This document shows positions 17,822 through 26,910 of a DNA stretch of 64,000 bases, one piece after another. A model generated the notes under the pieces. The model ran no database searches. It was not told where the DNA came from and was given only the letters and a program-made list of their open reading frames with translations. The first letter of the stretch is position 1. Every line of letters begins with the position of its first letter. Made by a program: the position numbers and the translations under genes. The stretch lies in the IMG/VR virus record IMGVR_UViG_3300010358_000002; one strand, written 5' to 3'. The stretch comes from an uncultured virus (IMG/VR IMGVR_UViG_3300010358_000002) (taxonomy: Duplodnaviria; Heunggongvirae; Uroviricota; Caudoviricetes).

Positions 17822-17978
17822 GTTCTTCCTCTCGCATAAATTTTTCTACGCGAAAACCCTCTTTGCGGAAAAGCTTTGTGATCTCAAGCTCCAGCACAGC
17901 ACTACGAGTTTCGCATGTAGCAACAGGAACCACATTCGGACTGCCTTTCACCCAGGCTTGGATAACAATCATTTTCAT
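17814..17978 (-). CDS. 54-aa protein (not in ORF track)
   Basis: GAAAGGAGC RBS; MKMIVIQAWVKGSPNVVPVATC... Confidence 0.65.
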   Translation of the reverse strand: MKMIVIQAWVKGSPNVVPVATCETRSAVLELEITKLFRKEGFRVEKFMREEEHA

Positions 17979-17994
17979 CTTGTGCTCCTTTCAA

Positions 17995-18195
17995 CAAGCG
18001 GGCAGTTTCGCGTCATGCCCAGGACGTCCAGCACCGAGCTGGCTCGGACGGTCCGACGTGACCGACAGGCGAGTAGTTTCTCCGTGCCACTACCAAGGGT
18101 CCAGTCTAATCTCTGCCTTCGAACTGGCGGCCCTTCATAGCGCTCACTCTAACGGCGGACACCGGTGGGAGTGAGGGCGGTGCAGAGGGGCTATG
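17995..18195 (-). ncRNA. Candidate structured 5' leader or small RNA
   Basis: ~200 nt between the promoter (18202-18230) and the RBS, with several stems. Confidence 0.35.
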
Positions 18196-18232
18196 CTTTT
18201 TACTTTACAGGCAAAAAGCCTTGAACGCAACA

Positions 18233-18439
18233 TCATTTAATTTTCGCAGGGTCCTTCTCTGGATGTTCCTTGATCAGAGCTTCTAGTAACGGATCATGGT
18301 CTCTTAAGTCTAAATCTCCTGGGCGGTAGTGAACCCCGCTATCTTCGACCCTGGTCTGTTGCAGCTTACGAATCCGCTCTTTTTCTCTAGCGAGTTTTTC
18401 TTCTTCTGTTAATGGCTCCTTCTTCGCTCGTTCTGCCAT
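18233..18439 (-). CDS. Hypothetical protein
   Basis: AGGAG RBS. Confidence 0.6.
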   Translation of the reverse strand: MAERAKKEPLTEEEKLAREKERIRKLQQTRVEDSGVHYRPGDLDLRDHDPLLEALIKEHPEKDPAKIK

Positions 18440-18455
18440 ACGCTACTCCTACTAA

Positions 18456-18743
18456 TTACCTCCCCTTCGTTGCAGTTCCGGTTGTACGACCCCGGCTATC
18501 ACGATAAATGATAGTCCCGTTGCTGTTTGTCGCAGTTCCTGTGGTGCGGCCCTGACTATCACGGTATATCGTGGTGCCATTAGATTGAGTAGCTGTACCG
18601 ATTGTTCTGCCTTGGGCATCACGAAATATCTCTTGCTCTCCTGCTCCTGCATACCGGGCAGAAAGTATAATGATGATAAAGACAATAGCCATCATTAACG
18701 CGACAGCTACTAGCCTCTGCGCAGCACCGGGTTTCAGGCTCAT
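18456..18743 (-). CDS. Exported protein with three RDxxGRTxGTAT repeats
   Basis: N-terminal hydrophobic helix; three 19-aa repeats. Confidence 0.75.
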   Translation of the reverse strand: MSLKPGAAQRLVAVALMMAIVFIIIILSARYAGAGEQEIFRDAQGRTIGTATQSNGTTIYRDSQGRTTGTATNSNGTIIYRDSRGRTTGTATKGR

Positions 18744-19123
18744 GATTCGTCACCAGTATCTTCGGGGTTGCTTTCCATGTAGGCCAAAAACATTTCCTCG
18801 TCTTGCAGCTTCTCACGAAGCTCGTGTATACGCATTCTAGCTTGACCCATAAGCTGTTCCCGGTTATATTTGAGACCATGTCCGCCTATCGATGGCGTGA
18901 TAATTACTCTTCCTCCCTTACTTGGTCTTGGTTCGCCAACGCGCACAGGTTCATAGCATTTGGGATTACCCTGTTCTTCACAGTGAGGGCATACAGGGCA
19001 AATGCAATCGGCCGGGTCATGACCGCAGCATTGACAGGGGCCTTCGTCCCCGCCATACGCCTCGTCGATCATACGTTGGGTAACTCCTGGGGGGAGGTCC
19101 CAACCAAAGGGGTGTCTACTCAT
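18740..19123 (-). CDS. Cys-rich hypothetical protein
   Basis: GAAAGGAGC RBS; promoter at 19156-19184; CQCC..CICPVCPHC. Confidence 0.7.
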   Translation of the reverse strand: MSRHPFGWDLPPGVTQRMIDEAYGGDEGPCQCCGHDPADCICPVCPHCEEQGNPKCYEPVRVGEPRPSKGGRVIITPSIGGHGLKYNREQLMGQARMRIHELREKLQDEEMFLAYMESNPEDTGDES

Positions 19124-19192
19124 TGCTATGCTCCTTTCAATGCACTAGCCTGTAAAGCGTAATGCCAAACCCTGTAGAATGCAAACAAGAAA

Positions 19193-19516
19193 TTAGGTGT
19201 TTACTCTTTCGTAGAGCTCGTAAAAAAGTTCTTCGAGCTCTGGGTAAATCTTGTTACGATAATTGTAATCAAAACATCCAACAAATCGCATTTCTTTTAA
19301 GATGTTAATGGCAGTACTCCCATCTATATTGGGTAATTCCTCAATAACATCCCTAATGGCATCGAGGATATCACAAAACATTTCTCTGTCTATTATCATC
19401 TTGGTAAGAACCACCTTCTTTTCAAAATCTACTCGAACCACGCGATGAACTCGTAAAGATCGGTTTTTTGATCTTCGGAGGCGAGCTCCAAGATCTTGTT
19501 CTTTTTTTCTTGCCAT
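19193..19516 (-). CDS. Hypothetical protein
   Basis: ORF at the head of the leftward block. Confidence 0.5.
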   Translation of the reverse strand: MARKKEQDLGARLRRSKNRSLRVHRVVRVDFEKKVVLTKMIIDREMFCDILDAIRDVIEELPNIDGSTAINILKEMRFVGCFDYNYRNKIYPELEELFYELYERVNT

Positions 19517-19602
19517 GAGCCTTCTCCCGACACTAGATCATGCATTGCATCGAACATTGCTTGGATCGCTGTTTCCATAATATCCTCCTACGCGCACGCA
19601 CA

Positions 19603-19692
19603 AGTGTAAAGCAAAAATTTTTGTGATGCAAGTTGGATAGAATCTCCCACAAAAATCTTTAGCTTGTGTTCATTGCGGCGTTTTGGTAAAGT
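19603..19692. promoter_or_regulatory. Divergent promoter pair at the switch between leftward and rightward blocks
   Basis: Minus: TTGCAT-17bp-TACACT (19603-19631). Plus: TTGTGT-17bp-TAAAGT (19664-19692). Confidence 0.6.
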
Positions 19693-19699
19693 AAAAGTG

Positions 19700-19836
19700 T
19701 GGCCGAGTTCCAGCTCTGGCCATGGATGTGCTTGAGACGTGCTTTGCTCTTTTCACGCGTCTCGTGGCCTTATAGCGCATCCGGCCCCCTGAGCCCCGGT
19801 ACCCACATCACTGAGGGCTCGGGGGCCTCCTTTCTA
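19700..19836 (+). ncRNA. Candidate small RNA or attenuator leader
   Basis: Three consecutive stems directly after the promoter, ending in a terminator-like GC hairpin plus TCCTTTCT. Confidence 0.4.
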
Positions 19837-19853
19837 ATCTTGGGGAGCTATCC

Positions 19854-20369
19854 ATGGCCAATATGCCGAATCCTCCTCCGAAACCTCCATCACGAGGCAA
19901 TTCTCAGCAGGTTGTTCCTCATGATGTAGCACAGCAACGGGCTCGTCCCCGGGAAATACACCCGGCTGTCACTGAATTTCACAATAAGTATGCCCAGGTT
20001 TGGGATGAAAATGACCGGTTAATAGCTGAGAATATTCGGCTAACAAAAGAAAATGAAGTGTTACGGCAACTAGATGCAGAGAAGTCTGCCCTAATTGATA
20101 GCCTCCGTAAAACAGCCGAAGAGGCTCACAGGACAACAGACGCTCGCATGGCAGCACAAGAGACCCACTTCCGTGAACGGGTAGCTGAGGCCGAGCGCGC
20201 CAAGGAACGCTACCTACGATTCGCAGTCAGCATGAGTGAGCGTGTGCAATCATGTATTTCTGATCTTCAAGCTACCCACGATCTTGCCATGGAGATGGCT
20301 CATGGTTCAAATAAACCTCTAAATGATGTTGAACAAGCAGTCGCTGATGCAATGAATTTGGAGAAGTGA
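19854..20369 (+). CDS. Coiled-coil protein
   Basis: GGAG RBS; heptad-rich. Confidence 0.75.
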   Translation: MANMPNPPPKPPSRGNSQQVVPHDVAQQRARPREIHPAVTEFHNKYAQVWDENDRLIAENIRLTKENEVLRQLDAEKSALIDSLRKTAEEAHRTTDARMAAQETHFRERVAEAERAKERYLRFAVSMSERVQSCISDLQATHDLAMEMAHGSNKPLNDVEQAVADAMNLEK

Positions 20370-20554
20370 ACCATGTGCAATCTCCGGATCCAGGTTCTAG
20401 CGGGCCTCCGCCCTCCCCATATCAACATGCGACAGGTTGCGACGCAACCAAATACAGTCTTTGCGACTCCTTCTTCTGTAGTTATTCGGCGGCGCAGACG
20501 ATATCTCAACCGGTTTAAGAAGCTGCCCCGACGTAATGGACCTATGGGGAGGAA

Positions 20555-20986
20555 ATGATGCCTTGGACTGGCGACCAGCTTCCCTGGAATGTTTCGTTCT
20601 CCAAGCCACCACGCCCATCAGGGCAATGGGAACCTTTGAACTATTTCCCAGGCCCTACTCCACTTATACGTGGAAAAGGGGCTTCCAGTCTTCCTAGGCA
20701 AATACTTAGGAACTTCCCAGGCAGTCCTGTCCTTTGTAGAGGGCGAGGTAGTTCTAGCCTAGTCCGCCAGATCCTAAGATACTTCCCTGGTCAACCACCG
20801 CTTGTTCCAGGGGTAAGTTCAAAACTCGCTAACCTGAATAATATCTATCGTGCTCCTACAATCGTTACCGGAGGGATGGGATCTGCCCTTAACAACCTGA
20901 AGTTCTTCCCTGGAAGTCCAGTTTTGTCAGGAGCTCCTGTTCCTGTTATCGCTGCTAAACTTGAAAGGTTCTTAGCCCATCCATAG
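20555..20986 (+). CDS. Repeat protein (FPGxPxL repeats)
   Basis: GGAGG RBS; four FPG motifs, the first three 23 aa apart. Confidence 0.6.
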   Translation: MMPWTGDQLPWNVSFSKPPRPSGQWEPLNYFPGPTPLIRGKGASSLPRQILRNFPGSPVLCRGRGSSSLVRQILRYFPGQPPLVPGVSSKLANLNNIYRAPTIVTGGMGSALNNLKFFPGSPVLSGAPVPVIAAKLERFLAHP

Positions 20987-20994
20987 GAGAGCCT

Positions 20995-21561
20995 ATGTCA
21001 GAACAAGAAATCCTGGACGCTGCGGCAACCCATCCACTACCAGCCAAGGAGGTAAACCTTAGTGAAATACGTGACAAGGCCAAAGAACTCCGTGACCACT
21101 ATCTTGAAAAAACTTACCTAGAAGAACAACTCAAAGCGCTCGGGAGCAAGATCCAACATGTCGAACGACATGAGCTTATTGATATGTTCGATGCTGCCGG
21201 TATTTCTTCTGTTACTGTGGATGCTGATGGCAATCATCCTCCCTTCATAGCCAAGCGGGCTACCGTCTACGGAGGTAAGATACCGGAGGAACGACGCATA
21301 GAAGCTTTGAATTGGTTTGAATCTGCTGGACATGGTGACCTAGTAAAGTCAGTTATCACCATACAGTATGGAATGCATGAACATGCGGAAAGGCTCCGTG
21401 TGATGAAGTTGTTGAGCGATAACCACGTGGAATATTATACCAACGAATCTGTCCACCATAGTACACTCAAGGCTTTCATTAGAACTGAAATCCAACAAGG
21501 ACATGTAATCCCCATGGACTTGCTTGGGGGATACATGTTTGATGAGGTAAAGATAAAATGA
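20995..21561 (+). CDS. Conserved phage protein of replication modules
   Basis: AGGAG RBS; ALNWF..GHGDLVK...VHHSTLKAFI. Confidence 0.75.
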   Translation: MSEQEILDAAATHPLPAKEVNLSEIRDKAKELRDHYLEKTYLEEQLKALGSKIQHVERHELIDMFDAAGISSVTVDADGNHPPFIAKRATVYGGKIPEERRIEALNWFESAGHGDLVKSVITIQYGMHEHAERLRVMKLLSDNHVEYYTNESVHHSTLKAFIRTEIQQGHVIPMDLLGGYMFDEVKIK

Positions 21562-21827
21562 GCCAGTCAATAGTAGGAAACAGCACAGTCTTTACTTGCG
21601 ATTCTTGCCCTAGAGATAATCGCAAAAAATTTCGTCTGATGACAACTAACATGGATATAATAAGAAGTCAATTTCGTCATACTGGATGGGGAGCTCAGCC
21701 AGGGAAAGGAGGTACATGGCGACATCTTTGTCCGGAATGCTATCGAATACATAAGGCAGAAGTGGCAATACGCAGAGAGAGACGGAAGGAAAAATCAAAT
21801 GACCGTAGATCTAGAAACATTGGGTGA
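21558..21827 (+). CDS. Small zinc-finger protein
   Basis: CDSC...GW...HLCPEC. Confidence 0.65.
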   Translation: MSQSIVGNSTVFTCDSCPRDNRKKFRLMTTNMDIIRSQFRHTGWGAQPGKGGTWRHLCPECYRIHKAEVAIRRERRKEKSNDRRSRNIG

Positions 21828-22074
21828 ATGGGCAGGTGATATTGCGGTCGTACTGAAAGATCATGATGCACCAACACTCAAAAATCTGTATGGTTATGTG
21901 AGGGACCATAGAAGAAAAACAGGTCGTACCTGGAAGAAAGGAAACGAAGCCACGGTAAGAAACGTACTTCAACGACATTGCCGTACATCTGACCAATATC
22001 AGGGCAAGCACGACTTGTTCGAACATTTGGTTGATGGATGCTGGCGATTAAGGCCAGAAATCAAAATTAAATAG
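21799..22074 (+). CDS. Putative winged-helix DNA-binding protein
   Basis: TLKNLY...EATVRNVLQRH...DLF...GCWRLR. Confidence 0.6.
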   Translation: MTVDLETLGEWAGDIAVVLKDHDAPTLKNLYGYVRDHRRKTGRTWKKGNEATVRNVLQRHCRTSDQYQGKHDLFEHLVDGCWRLRPEIKIK

Positions 22075-22083
22075 GAGGATAAA

Positions 22084-22647
22084 GTGTCGAGCCCACCTGG
22101 AATAAAGAAAAATGTGTGGTATTCAACTCCCTATCTTCAAATTGTTCTTTGTTTCTGCTGCCTAATTCACAATGACTTGAAAAAGAAACATGGTAAGGTA
22201 GAGGCTGATGCATTCTGGAGAAGTTTTCATCATCTTATTCCACATGTTGACGAGTATTTACCAGAACATCATAAGAATCTACCCCGTAAAGAATATGTAA
22301 ATCGCTTTATCCAACGGGGAGATAAGCTAAATCGTTATCCTACTGAACATCCAACACACCCTACAAAACAAGAAACTACTGGTCGATTTTGGGGATGGGC
22401 TGTAGAATTATACAATGGACCAGGAGTAGAATTTACTGTAAGGAGAGAAGATATTGAGGGTATTGTTTCTAAAATAGAGGGACGATTACCGATAGTACAA
22501 CGTAACATGGAAGAGCTTGACGAACCAGAATCTGCCATCATCGATCTTAATGAAATAATAGAACGGTTAGATCATCTTGATGGTATCTTCGAAGACATCG
22601 AGGACCGAATCTCTATGTTGGAAGAGTATTTCCAACGGAAAAGTTAG
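22084..22647 (+). CDS. Hypothetical protein
   Basis: AGGAGG RBS, GTG start. Confidence 0.65.
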   Translation: MSSPPGIKKNVWYSTPYLQIVLCFCCLIHNDLKKKHGKVEADAFWRSFHHLIPHVDEYLPEHHKNLPRKEYVNRFIQRGDKLNRYPTEHPTHPTKQETTGRFWGWAVELYNGPGVEFTVRREDIEGIVSKIEGRLPIVQRNMEELDEPESAIIDLNEIIERLDHLDGIFEDIEDRISMLEEYFQRKS

Positions 22648-22718
22648 GCGCGGCTGTCCTTGAGCGGTCGCGAAATGGGCGCGGCGGGTCGCCTCCTAAA
22701 CACCCGCCACTTTCTTGT

Positions 22719-22747
22719 TTGTACTCAGCGGTTATATATGCTTTACT
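22719..22747 (+). promoter_or_regulatory. Promoter; 29-bp direct repeat, copy 1
   Basis: TTGTAC-17bp-TTTACT; 27/29 identical to 23821-23849. Confidence 0.7.
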
Positions 22748-22786
22748 GCCCCCAGGCACACTATGCCTGGAAGGGAGGTGAACCAG

Positions 22787-23206
22787 ATGCCGGAACAACC
22801 ACCGGAACAACCACCAGAACAACCACTTAGACACGCTCCGCCGTCGCTACCAACGACAAGGGCGGACTTGGCCTCGCATTTGACTTACAGGCGTCCTCGG
22901 ACTATTCTCGATGACGTGCAGGAAGTCAATGATATACTTTGGGAAGACCCGGAGTATCGCAAGTACTTCAACGCCGTCTATAATGAGGAAGCTGTTACGG
23001 GTAGCTGTGACAACGACTACTTCATGGCCGCGTTGATGATCAAGGCCAAGGCTCGTGAACTTGGTATGGAATCCCTGGCTGGCAAAAACGAAACTGCCAT
23101 CCAAAAGGCTCTTCGCCGAGTTCATAAAGGCCGCTACGAGGGTATCCATTATACGGACCGTCGTGAGGCTGCCGAAGGCAATGGGCAAGGAACCCCTACT
23201 CCATGA
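22787..23206 (+). CDS. Hypothetical protein
   Basis: GGAGGT RBS; N-terminal PEQP x3. Confidence 0.7.
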   Translation: MPEQPPEQPPEQPLRHAPPSLPTTRADLASHLTYRRPRTILDDVQEVNDILWEDPEYRKYFNAVYNEEAVTGSCDNDYFMAALMIKAKARELGMESLAGKNETAIQKALRRVHKGRYEGIHYTDRREAAEGNGQGTPTP

Positions 23207-23811
23207 AAAAGAGTAAGGTCCCTCCTCAGCTTACCAAGGCTCGGGCAATAATACGCCCGAGCCTTGAAGCTGGCAAGGATGTAATTCCCAAAAAGTTTGA
23301 GCAACAGTTCGGCATTTCTGCCGATAGTTTTGAGCGTGCGCTACATGCTGAACTTGCGCGCCTGGAAGCTTTTGAAGAGATGGGGGCTTCGCCTTGGACT
23401 AAAACTACTGGTAAGAAATTGGCTGCGACGATTAGGGCTCATAAGAAGAAGCTGAATTTAGAGTTTGAAGGGCAAGTTATTAGAGAAATCCAGCGTCGTA
23501 TCAATATGATAGTGTTACCCTCGCTACTTAAACGTGAAGCTGATGCTAGTCATATCATAAAAGGACGCAAAGGATCGGTGAGTAAGGAGGAATACCGGTT
23601 GATACTATCATGCCTCCACCCGGATAGGGTTCCTGAAGAACTGAAGAAAAAATACGAGGCTGCATTTCATATCTTTAAAGGTCTAGAAAAATTATTACTA
23701 AGTGAGAAAGAGCTTCCGACCAATGTTGTGAAGTTGCCGACCACGTATGCTGATTTGATGGCACGTCGCAAAGTCCGTACGAGCGGAGCTAAGGTAGTGA
23801 GGGTGAAATAA
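23203..23811 (+). CDS. Protein with C-terminal J-domain-like HPD segment
   Basis: YRLILSCLHPDRV...YEAAF. Confidence 0.65.
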   Translation: MKKSKVPPQLTKARAIIRPSLEAGKDVIPKKFEQQFGISADSFERALHAELARLEAFEEMGASPWTKTTGKKLAATIRAHKKKLNLEFEGQVIREIQRRINMIVLPSLLKREADASHIIKGRKGSVSKEEYRLILSCLHPDRVPEELKKKYEAAFHIFKGLEKLLLSEKELPTNVVKLPTTYADLMARRKVRTSGAKVVRVK

Positions 23812-23820
23812 ACTTTGAGC

Positions 23821-23849
23821 TTGCACTCAGCGGTTATTTATGCTTTACT
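23821..23849 (+). promoter_or_regulatory. Promoter; 29-bp direct repeat, copy 2
   Basis: TTGCAC-17bp-TTTACT. Confidence 0.7.
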
Positions 23850-23854
23850 AATAT

Positions 23855-23990
23855 TGCAGCGCAGTAATGTCATGCACGAGCATGACACCCCTGTATAGCT
23901 GCGTAGGAGTAAGACCGGTCTGAAATACGCTACGGCGTGAATGCCGCAACTACGGGCTGCTGACTGTAGGACTAGGCCCTGCGCAGGGCA
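23855..23990 (+). ncRNA. Candidate structured RNA
   Basis: Long nested stem gcagc..tgtcatgc-acga-gcatgaca..gctgc plus more hairpins right after the promoter. Confidence 0.4.
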
Positions 23991-23994
23991 TCTT

Positions 23995-24372
23995 ATGACC
24001 AAGCTACCACCAAGATGGAGGCGAGAGCCACTAGAAAACTGCCCGATTTGTAAAGGAAAGGGCGAAATAAACTGGCGACTTTATAGCAAGACTAAGCCAG
24101 AAGAGTGGATATGCGTGGGACGTGCCAAGCCTATTCCCCCTAAGAAAAAGGGGAAGCTGCTAATGGCCGAAAGCGCAGAAAGCATAGAACGCCGCGAGGT
24201 GTGGATGGAACATGCCGCAACCTGGGATGGCCCTTGTGCTTGTGTGACTCAGCGTCGTGTAGACTTCACACAATTGAAGCGCACAGCCGCACAGATGCAA
24301 CGCATTATTCATAATGAAAAGCCTCCGGAGCATTCGTTAGACGATAGCATAGACGACTTATTTAGACAGTAA
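23995..24372 (+). CDS. Hypothetical protein with CxxCxGxG motif
   Basis: CPICKGKG...PCAC; start uncertain. Confidence 0.5.
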   Translation: MTKLPPRWRREPLENCPICKGKGEINWRLYSKTKPEEWICVGRAKPIPPKKKGKLLMAESAESIERREVWMEHAATWDGPCACVTQRRVDFTQLKRTAAQMQRIIHNEKPPEHSLDDSIDDLFRQ

Positions 24373-24457
24373 TCAACTGTTGCGTTCCACCGCATTTATA
24401 GCTTACAATGCCCTTAGCAGATTCCTTCTGGAGTCTGTGGAAACAGGAGTGATGACT

Positions 24458-25246
24458 ATGGCTAAAGAACCTGGAACTGATGTAACTATTCGTACAGAGC
24501 TACCGGTAGAGCTGCTTGAAGAAACTGCAAAAGATGCAGGGATGGGGGTAAGCTTCAAGCCAGAAGACCAGTTACTGCCATTAATCTATGTGCTGCAATC
24601 AAATTCACCGGCTGTGGATAAGCGTGGTGATACCTACGTGGAGGGAGCCGAGGCTGGTGATTTTTGGCTGAGAAATGCCCTAGACCCCATCGCAAATGGG
24701 GAGGAAGGAATCTCAGTGATACCATGTGAAATGCAGCGCACATGGATTGAATGGCTCCCTAACCGGCAAGGGTTCGTCGCAAGGCATGACAATCCGCCTT
24801 CGGATATGGAAACTAGAAAAGAGCGGGACGACTCTGGTCGTGAAAAAACTATCCTTGTGCGCGGTGAAAATGGGAATATCATACAAGACACGAGGGAGTT
24901 TTTCCTGCTTGTAAATGGACAACCCTTCGTGCTACCTTGCACTGGGACCAAGCATACCTTCGCTCGCCAGTGGAACACCTTCTACAAACAGTTCACCCAT
25001 CCAAAGACTGGCGATGTCATGCCTGCCTTCAGTCGCAAGTATCGGTTGACCACTGTCCCAGCAAGCAACGCTATCGGCAAATGGTTCGGTCTAAAATTTC
25101 AAGACGAGGGATGGGTCAAAAAGTCTGAGTATGAAGCGGCGAAACAGTTATGTCTTGCAGTAAGGAAAGGTGAAAAGCGTGCCGAAACGCCAGACGCAAG
25201 GCACGAAGAGTCGGGCACAGGCGACGGCTCGGAGATCCCTTTCTAA
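24458..25246 (+). CDS. Putative ssDNA-binding/annealing protein
   Basis: AGGAG RBS; EDQLLP.IYVLQSNSP...GAEAGD; acidic tail ending EIPF; upstream of helicase. Confidence 0.65.
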   Translation: MAKEPGTDVTIRTELPVELLEETAKDAGMGVSFKPEDQLLPLIYVLQSNSPAVDKRGDTYVEGAEAGDFWLRNALDPIANGEEGISVIPCEMQRTWIEWLPNRQGFVARHDNPPSDMETRKERDDSGREKTILVRGENGNIIQDTREFFLLVNGQPFVLPCTGTKHTFARQWNTFYKQFTHPKTGDVMPAFSRKYRLTTVPASNAIGKWFGLKFQDEGWVKKSEYEAAKQLCLAVRKGEKRAETPDARHEESGTGDGSEIPF

Positions 25247-25350
25247 AGAAATCAAATGGTGGCAAGATCAGATGCGCTCTGCAAAGGGCGATGAGCTTGC
25301 CTTCATTTGTTGGGGTATCGCTACCGGTCTAATGATAGCGAGGGATACCT

Positions 25351-26910
25351 ATGATCGAGCCAACGATCTTTCTAGGCCCACCCGGAACAGGTAAGACAAC
25401 AACACTACTAGACACCGTTGACCAGGAGATGGCCAACGGTGTCCCTCCAGATCGTATAGGATTTATGACCTTCACCAAACGTGGTGTAGAAGAGGCTATT
25501 ACTCGTGCTAGTGCTCGTTTTAACCTTGACCGTAAGCAATTTCGATATTTCAATACCCTTCATAGTGCTGCATTTAGACATCTCGGCCTTAGCACTAATC
25601 AAGTGTTTACTGGAAAACGAGTTTATGAATTTGGTGCTGCCCATGGACTCGAGCTCCACGGTGGCTTATCGTCTGACGATGGAACATATACAAGTTTTTT
25701 CGGTGACGATCTAATCCTATTTCTTGAGAACTATGCTCGCATTACTCAGCAACCATTGGAACAAGTGCTAAGCAAATATGATTACGCCTTACCTGATTCC
25801 GATCGTGCTTGGCGAGCTATTCGTGCTCTCCATGCCTATAAACAGGAGCAAGGGCTGTATGATTTTACTGATATGCTTGAGGAGTTTATTAAGATAGACG
25901 ATCCACCACGACTGGAGGTGTTATGTGTCGATGAAGGACAAGACCTCAGTGAAATACAGTGGACCATGGTCGGCCAGCTATCCCGTCACGTTAAGCGTAT
26001 GTATGTCGCCGGAGACGATGACCAAACTATCTTCACATGGGCAGGTGCTTCAGAGCGATTCATCCACATGCCTGGTCGGGTTCACCAACTTACAAGAAGC
26101 TATCGAGTTCCTCGAAAAGTACACCACCTTGCCGTCAGAATAATTGAACAGATATACGACAGGCGTGAAAAAGACTGGGAACCAAGAGACGCACTAGGAT
26201 CTTATAACACTTTAGAAGGAATCTCAAGGCTAGATCCCGGTAAGCTAGACCCAGGCCTCGGCAACGTCATGTTGCTTGGGCGAACAGTAAAGATGCTAAG
26301 GCAAAAGTTCATCCCATATTGTAGACACCATGGGCTCCTATATCGTTACTTCGAAAACCCAAGTATCAAACCAACTCAAGCGGTTGCGATCGACGCATGG
26401 AATCAACTCCGACAAGGTTTTCGCATATCGGCGGAAGATGCTGTACGTATATACGATTTACTCCCGTCGGAAGGCCACAAGAAAAAGAAAGGGCTAGTAA
26501 AGAAAGGTTTCAAAGTACAACTCAATCGGTTGGCAGATCAACCAGATCCTCCGAAAATCACTATAGAAGAACTGCGACATGATTATGGGCTATTGGCGGA
26601 GGGAGAGTGGAAAGATGTTTTCACTGAGATCGAACCTAAGGACGTGGAGTATATCCAAAAAGTACTCGATAATGGGTTCAGTATATTGGATAAGCCTCAT
26701 ATACACATCTCTACGATTCACAGAGTCAAAGGAGGGCAGGCAAACACAGTTGTTCTTTTATCTGACACTCCGAAAGCATCCGAGCGACTTGCCGCTACCA
26801 ACAGAGACGAAGAGCGACGCGTTTTTTACACAGGGATCACAAGAACCTACGAAGACTTGATCGTAGTGCAACCAGACAGACGGCATTATTTCGGGGACTT
26901 GTTCGACTAA
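25351..26910 (+). CDS. UvrD/Rep-like superfamily 1 helicase
   Basis: GPPGTGKTT, TLHS, DEGQD, GDDDQTIF, SYR, STIHRVKG, FYTGITR. Confidence 0.92.
   Translation: MIEPTIFLGPPGTGKTTTLLDTVDQEMANGVPPDRIGFMTFTKRGVEEAITRASARFNLDRKQFRYFNTLHSAAFRHLGLSTNQVFTGKRVYEFGAAHGLELHGGLSSDDGTYTSFFGDDLILFLENYARITQQPLEQVLSKYDYALPDSDRAWRAIRALHAYKQEQGLYDFTDMLEEFIKIDDPPRLEVLCVDEGQDLSEIQWTMVGQLSRHVKRMYVAGDDDQTIFTWAGASERFIHMPGRVHQLTRSYRVPRKVHHLAVRIIEQIYDRREKDWEPRDALGSYNTLEGISRLDPGKLDPGLGNVMLLGRTVKMLRQKFIPYCRHHGLLYRYFENPSIKPTQAVAIDAWNQLRQGFRISAEDAVRIYDLLPSEGHKKKKGLVKKGFKVQLNRLADQPDPPKITIEELRHDYGLLAEGEWKDVFTEIEPKDVEYIQKVLDNGFSILDKPHIHISTIHRVKGGQANTVVLLSDTPKASERLAATNRDEERRVFYTGITRTYEDLIVVQPDRRHYFGDLFD

Noticed and set aside
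18100..18140. tRNA suggested by GTTCGAA on the minus strand
   Set aside because: I could not build a cloverleaf (acceptor, D and anticodon arms). No tRNA was found by eye elsewhere; tRNAscan-SE would settle it.
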